Sequence record: LR535910.1
Reading direction: 5' to 3' (one strand)
DNA: 64,000 nt
The notes under the pieces were generated by a model. The model did not search any database. It was not told the origin of the DNA and saw nothing but the letters and a program-made list of their open reading frames with translations. Shown here piece after piece: positions 18,962-26,420 of the stretch (positions within the stretch are counted from its first letter, which is position 1; each line of letters starts with the position of its first letter). The position numbers and the translations under genes were made by a program.

Positions 18962-19471
18962 ATGTTTACTGCGCCAACCGTGCAGGTGGGGCAAGGTCTT
19001 AACCTGGTGGTACACGACCAGCGGTTAATCGACCTCTGCGACACAAGCATAATTACTGCGATGATGGACCATAACCCTTTAGGTGACTACGGAAATACCA
19101 GCGAGATTTTGGCTGTTGCTGCCGTCCTCCGTCGTATTTACGGTCAAATAACCATCGTAGATCTCTGTAACTTCATTGACAACCACAGAGATTTAACTAA
19201 AGGGTTGGTCGCACTTACTCAAGATGGGGTGTCAAGTTTTGACAGTTCTCTTGGTAATTTCCTAGACATCGGTTCCGGGTTCGACTCCGGGCTAATGTTC
19301 ATCACTCGTGAACGCTACGTCGCCGTCTGGGAATTTCTGCAACGCATGGGTGTGCATGTTCCTGCAAAGATCATGCATTACCAAACTTACGACCTGAATA
19401 TTTTCGGGGAGCCAGGGTTATGGATAAAACCAGTACACCTTGGCCTTGATGGCTACACCATCAAGTGTTAA
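18962..19471 (+). CDS. Hypothetical protein
   Basis: AAGGAG SD before ATG 18962; 169 aa. Confidence 0.7.
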   Translation: MFTAPTVQVGQGLNLVVHDQRLIDLCDTSIITAMMDHNPLGDYGNTSEILAVAAVLRRIYGQITIVDLCNFIDNHRDLTKGLVALTQDGVSSFDSSLGNFLDIGSGFDSGLMFITRERYVAVWEFLQRMGVHVPAKIMHYQTYDLNIFGEPGLWIKPVHLGLDGYTIKC

Positions 19472-19479
19472 GTCACTAG

Positions 19480-19529
19480 GCGTACTCTCTTCGGGGAGTA
19501 CGCCAATCTTATTTTTTTTTATTTTTTTT
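19480..19529 (+). terminator. Intrinsic terminator
   Basis: GCGTACTCTC-TTCG-GGGAGTACGC followed by a long T-tract. Confidence 0.85.
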
Positions 19530-20059
19530 GGTTACTTTTTAACCAACCGGTTAAAGGGGTCTGGGAAGCATCAGAAAACGATTAGGTGGTATCGACGTAG
19601 GGTAACTCGTTTTTGGCAGTTTATCGTTTTCTAGGGTCAGTTACGTGCGTTTTAGAGGGGGTTATGTATCGTGACAGAGAATTTATTTTTGTCGGGGCGA
19701 GGAAATTCAGGGAATGGGGATTCAGGATTGTATGTTTTTTAACCAGTTATTAAAAACGCTCTAGAAAGCGCTAGAACGAGATTTGACTCAGACCCAGTAC
19801 ACTTGGGTTCCCTATACCGGAAAATCGCGCCAGCGGGCCGCTGAGAGCGCGAGAGTGCCATTCCCGTTTCGGTTCCGAGGTGCCGGCCGCGACCGGCGAC
19901 GACGATCACACGTTGGGTAGCACTTCGTGCCATGTCTGGGTGAAAACTGGATCGTTCTGTAACCGACACACACTGTCGGTTACTTACGAGTTCTTTGGGT
20001 TGTTTAACTCGCTCTAAAATCCCCCTTAGGGGATAATTTAATCTAATTCTCAAAATTTC

Positions 20060-20320
20060 TTTTTAAAACAATCACTTAGATTGTTTTTTAGATTGATCCT
20101 GTGGATCGGGTCGAAGACCCTTTCCTTATACGCGTGCGCGTGCGCACACCCGTATCCTCCAGGATCTTTTAAAAGATATATAATAATATTAAATATAATA
20201 ATACCTTTAGGTATTATATTTAATTATTATAATTATTTATATAAATAAATATATTAATATATTAAGATCTTAAAACGCGTGCAGGCGCGCGCGTGATCCT
20301 TATTAAGAGATCGTGATCGG
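20060..20320. other. Candidate replication origin or packaging-initiation region
   Basis: 109-bp tract (20167-20275) with only 7 G/C, built from abutting palindromes, flanked by ACGCGTGC boxes and 7 GATC sites in 224 bp; no gene present. Confidence 0.5.
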
Positions 20321-20467
20321 ACGGAAGTCCTAGTTTGGGTACCCTGTGTATTTTTTACGTGGTTTCCCTATCGTGTGTTCAGACCACCACACGACGTCCA
20401 AAACCCATAGCTTCGGTGGTCGCCTCCCTGGTCGGTAGACTCTGACAAGTCGACCCACAACACCAAC

Positions 20468-20490
20468 CCGTCCGGGGACGGATTTTTATT
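20468..20490 (+). terminator. Intrinsic terminator in the non-coding region
   Basis: CCGTCC/GGACGG followed by ATTTTTATT. Confidence 0.55.
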
Positions 20491-20544
20491 CCAACGACAA
20501 GCTCCACGAAAATCCCCGCAGAGGGACTCACTGCTGTGTGACTC

Positions 20545-20585
20545 ACCGGCTCCTGGACGCCTACGCCTCGAGCCGGTAATTTTTT
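20545..20585 (+). terminator. Intrinsic terminator in the non-coding region
   Basis: ACCGGCTC/GAGCCGGT followed by AATTTTTT. Confidence 0.55.
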
Positions 20586-20982
20586 GATTACGTGAGTTTG
20601 TTGTTATATGCGAATAGCGATTGACCGCGCCAATGGTCCAATCACTTTTAAACCCTGCACGCTAGGGCTCCAAGTCCTGGGATTGTTACCCAGGACGCTT
20701 TTTCGAAAATACCTACCGTGGTGTCTTCGACAAAGCGCAATCTAACACTGCGTGATTTATTATGTTCTGGAAAACTTTCGCCGTGGAACAGAACCGGTGA
20801 GCGTCGGCGGGGATTCCGACAATCACCACCCATTCAGGTACTCGGTAAATAACCGGGCTATCGGCTTAAACGTCGAGGGCCTCGTTGGCACTGCAAGCGC
20901 CGGTGCATCCAGGACCGAGTTAGCCGTGGCAGCTCCAGAGGACTGGGCAGCGGAGAGACGTCGTTGAACTTACCTCCGATAG

Positions 20983-21173
20983 TCAGTCGCTGATTCCGCT
21001 CTGGGGTGCGGCCAGATTAAAATCGAATTCGGCGTTGCGTCGAAGCGTGGGTCTGCGTGTAGAACCGCAGACTTGGGGGATAACTCCGATGAGGAGGTTG
21101 GTCCATATCTTGCCGGCTCGGAACAGACGAGAGGGGTGGGTACTCCCGTTGTGAAACGCCAGTACCTGGCTGA
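20983..21173 (+). ncRNA. Candidate structured ncRNA (about 190 nt)
   Basis: Closing helix TCAGTCG/TGGCTGA, inner TTCCG/CGGAA enclosing several hairpins; no ORF with an SD. Confidence 0.35.
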
Positions 21174-21176
21174 TTA

Positions 21177-21203
21177 AAATTTACAGATTCTGCGTGAGGT
21201 ATG
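21177..21203 (+). promoter_or_regulatory. Middle-type (AAAATTTAC) and late-type (GTATG) motifs upstream of 21228
   Basis: AAAATTTAC at 21177-21185; GTATG at 21199-21203. Confidence 0.4.
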
Positions 21204-21227
21204 ATAAACCAAACGGAGAATTAAACC

Positions 21228-21803
21228 ATGAACTTGTATCGCATCGGGTTTTACCGAAACGAGATGCCTGAATCGGTTTTGGTTGTCTTAGCCGAAAACG
21301 AGGAGCAGGCCAAATCCTTCTGGCCGGTTAGCGCAGAGCGTCCAGCGGTTGCGTGCTGCTACGACGGCGCTGTGTCTACCCCGATGGTTACGCCTGGGGT
21401 GGTTCTGAAGCAAGGCCGTTGGGATGATTATTCCCATCCCGGTTTGGAATTTGTTTCCGAATCCGCCAGACACACCTGGAATCTCACCACGGGTAAAACC
21501 AGAGTGTACTTCGGCCACCAAGCCAAGCAACCGTCGCTCATCAAGCTGTACCTGGTTTACAGCGACGTCGCTACCGAAGACTATGTCGACACCGGAATCA
21601 TCGTCGGGGCAACAACCCCCGAGGCGGCATTCGCACATTGGGACGGCGATAAACCCGGAATCGTTTCGGTCTGTGAACTACCACTTGAAGCCGGTTTGGT
21701 TACGAACATCAAGTGTGAGCAAGGCCAGGAGCTGACTTGGATGCGCCAGGATTACCTGACGGAAACGACATTCGAGTACACACCGAGGAAGGTGACCCAA
21801 TGA
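21228..21803 (+). CDS. Hypothetical protein with two tandem copies of a small phage domain
   Basis: GGAG SD; repeats MNLYRI...VVLAENEEQA and IKLYLV...IVGATTPEAA. Confidence 0.7.
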   Translation: MNLYRIGFYRNEMPESVLVVLAENEEQAKSFWPVSAERPAVACCYDGAVSTPMVTPGVVLKQGRWDDYSHPGLEFVSESARHTWNLTTGKTRVYFGHQAKQPSLIKLYLVYSDVATEDYVDTGIIVGATTPEAAFAHWDGDKPGIVSVCELPLEAGLVTNIKCEQGQELTWMRQDYLTETTFEYTPRKVTQ

Positions 21804-22291
21804 CCACGATAGCGTTCGATGGAAAAGTCTTGGCTGCTGACGGTCAGCTGACCCGCGGGTCGAATATCTGCAACCTGAACACCCAGAAGTTATTCATCTG
21901 CCCTTCTGACGAGGAATGGTGGATTACTGGTGAACGGATTGTGGCGTTCGGAGTAAGCGGTGACATCACAGGACAGTTGGCCTTGCTGGAAACTGTCCGC
22001 TTGAGACCCGGATACAAGGGGTTAACACAAAGCTCGCAGTTACCTGCGAAGATGGATTTTACTTTCCTGATGCTTTTGGCCTCAGGAAAAGCGATAGTCG
22101 GCGGAAAACGTGAAGACGACGTGACGTTGTGGTGGAGTGAAGCCACACCACCTCTGGCAACCGGAAGCGGTTACGAGTATGCGTTGGGTGCGATGAAGAT
22201 GGGCGCGAATGCGGTTCGTGCTGTTGAGATTGCGTCCGAATGCGATATCTACACCGGTGGTGAGATTAGCACTTACGAACTACGGAGGTGA
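21800..22291 (+). CDS. Ntn-hydrolase, HslV/proteasome beta-subunit-like peptidase
   Basis: Starts MTTIAFDGKVLAAD (N-terminal Thr nucleophile); ATGSG, ALGAM and D-I-Y-TGG motifs; ATGA overlap with the upstream stop. Confidence 0.75.
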   Translation: MTTIAFDGKVLAADGQLTRGSNICNLNTQKLFICPSDEEWWITGERIVAFGVSGDITGQLALLETVRLRPGYKGLTQSSQLPAKMDFTFLMLLASGKAIVGGKREDDVTLWWSEATPPLATGSGYEYALGAMKMGANAVRAVEIASECDIYTGGEISTYELRR

Positions 22292-22384
22292 ATCATGCGG
22301 GAGTCAGAAGCACGCAAGCTTGACCCCATCAATCGCCTGCGATAACGGGGTAGCGCATCCGTATAAACACGTTTAAAGAATTCT

Positions 22385-22460
22385 AGGAAAGTGACGCAAT
22401 TGGTAGCGTACCGGTCTCCAAAACCGGCTGTTTAGAGTTCGAGTCTCTACTTTCCTGCCA
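22385..22460 (+). tRNA. trnW: tRNA-Trp(CCA)
   Basis: Full 76-nt cloverleaf: AGGAAAG/CTTTCCT, ACGC/GCGT, CCGGT-CTCCAAA-ACCGG, TAGAG-TTCGAGT-CTCTA, encoded CCA. Confidence 0.95.
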
Positions 22461-22526
22461 CATTTAGCCAACAAGGCCATGATTCAAAGCAGAATGACAC
22501 CGAATGTCTAACTGCGGAGAATAATC

Positions 22527-22769
22527 ATGAACTTGTATTTGCTAGAACGAACTGACGATATCGGGTATGATGAATTTGATTCCATAATCGTGGCGGCTCC
22601 TACGGAGCAAGCTGCGTGTGCAATTCCTCCCGACTGTGGTCATTGGATGGACTGCCGCTGGTTACCGAAAGAGCGCTGGGATGAAGGGCTTACCCTGACC
22701 GTTACTCTTATCGGTACTACGCACTATCCTGCTGGGACCGTCGTTCATGAATCGTTCAATGCTGGCTAA
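22527..22769 (+). CDS. Small hypothetical protein, single-domain paralog of 21228
   Basis: GGAG SD; MNLYLLERTDDIGYDEFDSIIVAAPTEQAA. Confidence 0.7.
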   Translation: MNLYLLERTDDIGYDEFDSIIVAAPTEQAACAIPPDCGHWMDCRWLPKERWDEGLTLTVTLIGTTHYPAGTVVHESFNAG

Positions 22770-23043
22770 ACAGTGGGCTTCGGCCCACTAACCCTATTCG
22801 AGCCGTGATACTTACTCAGATTGTGCGGGTTGATGTCCCGCATGAGCCGGTAGCAGCTCAGACCTACGGTAGACCAATAAATCCGTAGCAGCCAGGTACA
22901 CAAAGCACCAGGTCGCTTGTACAGGATGCTGGGTATCTGACCGGTCATAACCTCATTCGATACGAGACACGTTTATGCATGAAATACTCCAGTACATCAG
23001 GATGTTGATTTCCAACGTCCGGTTCTGGGTATTCAATCATGTT

Positions 23044-23345
23044 TGGTTTACAGGCGATGGGTTTTCCCGCAAGGGCCCCACTTACAGACTGGCGTCTCCA
23101 CGACAACCGTCCCTAGGGGACAGGCAAGCACCGGCCCATTAAGCCGCTACGCTACGCCTGTAAATCCACAATCTGATAACCGAATGGGGTTGAGTTCCCA
23201 GTGTTAGGGTGACTGTGTGTCACCGTAGGCGCGGTACCTCATACGGCCGGAACGCCACGAATGTACGTGATAGCGGGTGGTGCTTGGAGGCGCTAAGACC
23301 TGACCTTGCGGCCAGGCTCAGAAGAAGAAGAAGTCCATCACCCGC
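23044..23345 (+). ncRNA. Candidate structured ncRNA domain(s)
   Basis: 12-bp closing helix 23045-23056/23155-23166, GCAA tetraloop, 10-bp helix 23273-23282/23336-23345, single-stranded (AAG)4 tract. Confidence 0.4.
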
Positions 23346-23418
23346 ATTCAGAAATGAATTTAGGTTAATTATTATTTATGGAAGTGATGAAATCGTTTAC
23401 GTGATAACTTAGTAGTAT

Positions 23419-23790
23419 GCAACGAACAATACCAGAGTGACTTTACGAGGTTACTGTGGTATATGTCGGTGCTCCGGGCAACGTGTTGCCGCAGATAAGC
23501 CCGAGGGAGCTGAGTGCACTAACACCCGCCGGGATGCACCGGCACCTTACAATGGGAGCGCTGTCACCATCAGTGATGACAGGAGTGAAGGATTCGTACC
23601 TCACTCGACTGGGCGGAAGCCTGGGCGTTCCCCCATCTTCACATCATGGCCGGCTTGCCGGTTCAACGTAGACGTCTCGTAAGAGATTTCCAGTCAGGCA
23701 ACTGATAACACACCTAAGCGTCGACCTGGACGTATGGTGTCTGGTTAAGTCCCCCGAAACGGAAACCAGTAGGGGTGTGGTACGTTGAGT
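23419..23790 (+). ncRNA. Candidate ornate ncRNA (about 370 nt)
   Basis: Begins at the G of a GTATG motif; at least 7 consecutive hairpins including a GNRA loop; no SD-bearing ORF. Confidence 0.4.
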
Positions 23791-23816
23791 GTAACTATCA
23801 TGATGCCGTGAACAAT

Positions 23817-23886
23817 GGCTTTGTAGCTCAGGTAGGTAGAGCAACCTCTTCGAGGAAGGTCGCCGGTTCGAGTCCGGTCAAAGCAA
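23817..23886 (+). ncRNA. tRNA-like element with a collapsed anticodon arm
   Basis: Acceptor GCTTTG/CAAAGC, D arm GCTC/GAGC with AGGTAGGTA loop, T arm GCCGG-TTCGAGT-CCGGT; the anticodon arm is only CCTC-TTC-GAGG; no CCA. Confidence 0.7.
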
Positions 23887-23967
23887 GAGCAGCGAAGTTA
23901 GAGGAATTAACACCCGACTCATAATCGGATATTTCGACGGTTCGAATCCGTCCGTTTGCTCGCCCCA
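23887..23967 (+). tRNA. Degenerate tRNA with CAT anticodon (Met/Ile2-type), bulged acceptor stem
   Basis: D arm GTTA/TAAC, CCGA-CTCATAA-TCGG, GACGG-TTCGAAT-CCGTC; acceptor GAGCAGCG/CGTTTGCTC with one bulge; ends GCCCCA. Confidence 0.6.
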
Positions 23968-24252
23968 TTTGTGTTACCCTTATCCCGAAGGCATTCGAAT
24001 TAAGACGCGTATCCACACACGGGTCAAGGGTAACACGAACCACTTCCGCGGTCACCGTGTCCATTGCCGCCTACCTGCATGGGCTGTCCTCCGACACGGT
24101 GACTTCGGGCCAACTTACAGGCCAGGGCCGTTTGGGTTTTTCTTACGCATCCATCCAGAGCCACCTCGCGCCCTAGTCTGTATACCCCTTTTCTGTTCCT
24201 GGTTTGCCAACTAAATCAATTAAGCCTGGTGCGTTGCCCTGGGAACAGAAAA
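23968..24252 (+). ncRNA. Three long-stem loop units downstream of the tRNA-like pair
   Basis: Stems of 14 bp (23968-23981/24026-24039), 11 bp (24051-24061/24093-24103) and 11 bp (24189-24199/24242-24252). Confidence 0.4.
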
Positions 24253-24340
24253 ACTTATTCGGTTACACACCGAACCCACCCACGAGGGATATGTCGTGGA
24301 CTACCAATAGAAGCAGCAATAGTAGTAAGAAGGAAGCAAC

Positions 24341-25162
24341 ATGTTTACAGTTAAACGTGTAATTGATGGTGACCGCATTATTACCGAACATGAAAAAGTT
24401 CGTATCGGTGACCGTAAGTCTCGTGTATTCCGCGAGGCGTTAAAGATGCTCGAGAACGAGCGATTCGACATCGTTGTCGATGATGAAAAGTTAGCCCTTA
24501 ATCCGGGGTTAAAACGCGTTGCCCCTGATGTGCCTGATCCGAACACCATGCATTTGTCTGACTACTGCAGCTGGTCGCACAGATTATATAAAAGTCAGGT
24601 TTATGCACACACGTATTTGCGGCAGCTTTTCCCCAACCTTATTATCCCCGATTTGGAAACGGTCGAGGTGTTTAACTGCAACGCACGCGAGTTTATTAGC
24701 TACGTGCTAGATAATAAGGGCAATGCTATCTTGGTACTGGACACAAATTCCCGCATACCTGATGCTGTGGCTAGCATACGCGGTGAAATCATCGGTTACG
24801 GTACTCCCCCAGAGAAATTAGGCTGGTACAAACCATCTCCTGATAGCGACATGGCGATCATTGTCTACACTCAGGAAGAACTGCAACAAGTCGAATTAGA
24901 GCCTGGTCCATCTATCGAGTTCACTGATGTCCAGGAGCAGTCGCAGTGGATTAACGGTGAGTCTGTTGTTACTGTTTTAAAAGGCGCTCGCCCTGGCGAC
25001 CGGTCAGTCGATGAACTGATTGGCGCAATGTGCATCGAAGAAGAATCTGGATACGATCCTGATAACCAGATCAGTACCGGTGCGTTGTACGAACTGTTTT
25101 ATAAAGGCGACGAAGTCTACGTGGTTAACTCTCACGGTAAGACTACCGACGTCCTTCGCTGA
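24341..25162 (+). CDS. Hypothetical protein
   Basis: 273 aa; AAGGA SD; ends YVVNSHGKTTDVLR, a pattern common in phage proteins. Confidence 0.75.
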   Translation: MFTVKRVIDGDRIITEHEKVRIGDRKSRVFREALKMLENERFDIVVDDEKLALNPGLKRVAPDVPDPNTMHLSDYCSWSHRLYKSQVYAHTYLRQLFPNLIIPDLETVEVFNCNAREFISYVLDNKGNAILVLDTNSRIPDAVASIRGEIIGYGTPPEKLGWYKPSPDSDMAIIVYTQEELQQVELEPGPSIEFTDVQEQSQWINGESVVTVLKGARPGDRSVDELIGAMCIEEESGYDPDNQISTGALYELFYKGDEVYVVNSHGKTTDVLR

Positions 25163-25252
25163 ATTAGCTAACGCCCAGTAGCTATGTTCCTGACGATTAG
25201 CCCTCGTCTGACCTTGTAAGACCTTGTAGATTTACATGCCAACACCAGGGAA

Positions 25253-25294
25253 GTCCTCACTCTTCGGAGTGAGGACAACTCTTTTATTTTTTTT
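25253..25294 (+). terminator. Intrinsic terminator
   Basis: GTCCTCACTC-TTCG-GAGTGAGGAC followed by a T-tract. Confidence 0.85.
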
Positions 25295-25311
25295 GTATCC
25301 CAAATATTCAC

Positions 25312-25331
25312 AGATAGATATTACCTAAGTG
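25312..25331 (+). promoter_or_regulatory. Putative early promoter
   Basis: AGATAGATATTACCTAAGTG. Confidence 0.7.
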
Positions 25332-25385
25332 AGATGAGAAAGCCTCATCTGAATTCCCCCAACTCGACTATAAAAGGTAAGCATC

Positions 25386-26333
25386 ATGTACAGACCAAGT
25401 AATCCTAGTGCTATTGAAGGATTAAACCAGGATGGCTTCAGCCTCGCAGAAGCAACCCGCATTCGACCTTTCTTACCTCGCAGATTCTTCCCTTTCGGTT
25501 CGTTATACAGAACGAATTTCGACGCTTGGGAAGCGATACGTGCTGTAAAAGATGCACTACAGTACAAGAACTTCGAATTCCGATTTGTTTTCAAATGGGG
25601 CAACGGCGAATTGCTCCACCACTTCGGATTCCAACAGAACGAGTTCATTGAGTATACCTCACCTACGTACCACACCAGGTTCTTAAGTATCGAATTCGTT
25701 CGCCATTTCGGCGATGCACTCTTTACGGAACGGGCTACAGATGAAAACCACGGACGTAGGCTGATGTTAACGAACGGCGCACTGCGCATCAAGATGAATC
25801 GTTTACGGGAAGCGTATAACCAGCTTATCAATCCTGAACCGGTAATGTTTCCAACTGTAGCTGATTTGAACATCACACCGCTCCAGTTACCTGTGGATGT
25901 GGATAGACCGATTCTGGCAATCCACGCTCTCCAGGCAGGCTATGCAAACTGGTATAAAGAGCACAGTCTCCCGAACACCAGATTGAACATCGCACCGTTT
26001 GAGTTGTGCCTGTTCTTAACGTTACGCAAACAGCTCGAGCCAGAAAACTTAGACTTACGTTATCTGGCTAAAACAGATAGCGGTAGTTACTACCCAACGA
26101 CCTGGATGCTGGCGGCTGTACTACCCGGCGGTGAAATTATCGGTAACCCAGTCACCGATGTTCAACAGTTACCATCACCGTTAGCACCACCGAAAGATTC
26201 AATCTATCCGTACGCTTCGTGGTACGCGAGCAGTATTGGCGTGAGATGGTTAATGTTACACGTTCCTGAAGAGGTCTATAATTTATTCCCGCATGAGCAA
26301 TGGCTCCGTGCGTATGAAAATCGGTTTGGTTAG
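25386..26333 (+). CDS. Hypothetical early protein
   Basis: 315 aa; AAGG SD; lies between an early promoter and a terminator. Confidence 0.75.
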   Translation: MYRPSNPSAIEGLNQDGFSLAEATRIRPFLPRRFFPFGSLYRTNFDAWEAIRAVKDALQYKNFEFRFVFKWGNGELLHHFGFQQNEFIEYTSPTYHTRFLSIEFVRHFGDALFTERATDENHGRRLMLTNGALRIKMNRLREAYNQLINPEPVMFPTVADLNITPLQLPVDVDRPILAIHALQAGYANWYKEHSLPNTRLNIAPFELCLFLTLRKQLEPENLDLRYLAKTDSGSYYPTTWMLAAVLPGGEIIGNPVTDVQQLPSPLAPPKDSIYPYASWYASSIGVRWLMLHVPEEVYNLFPHEQWLRAYENRFG

Positions 26334-26347
26334 TAGTCGATGCTTTT

Positions 26348-26377
26348 GAGGGAACTTCGGTTCCCTCTTTTTTTTTT
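26348..26377 (+). terminator. Intrinsic terminator
   Basis: GAGGGAAC-TTCG-GTTCCCTC followed by a T-tract. Confidence 0.85.
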
Positions 26378-26378
26378 C

Positions 26379-26404
26379 TTTTTTCACGACTGCCTCAGAA
26401 TCTT
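26379..26404 (+). promoter_or_regulatory. Putative middle promoter
   Basis: TTTTTTCAC-N12-ATCTT(ATAG); closely similar to the site upstream of the DNA polymerase. Confidence 0.35.
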
Positions 26405-26420
26405 ATAGGAGGAAGTTACC

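Noticed and set aside
20320-20800. RNase P RNA-like fragments (GGAAGTCC ... ACAGAACCGG)
   Set aside because: The two strands cannot form the P4 helix and the spacing is too long.
23517-23750. Twister-like (TAACAC..GCC) and pistol-like (CCTAAGCG) fragments; hammerhead-like CCGATGAG at 21086
   Set aside because: The required pseudoknot partners and conserved cores are missing, so no self-cleaving ribozyme can be supported by eye.
19739-24214. Short ORFs in the non-coding regions (for example 19739-20053, 20752-20967, 22766-22948, 23209-23412, 23437-23682, 23969-24214)
   Set aside because: No properly spaced SD, atypical composition, and overlap with hairpins or tRNA-like elements.
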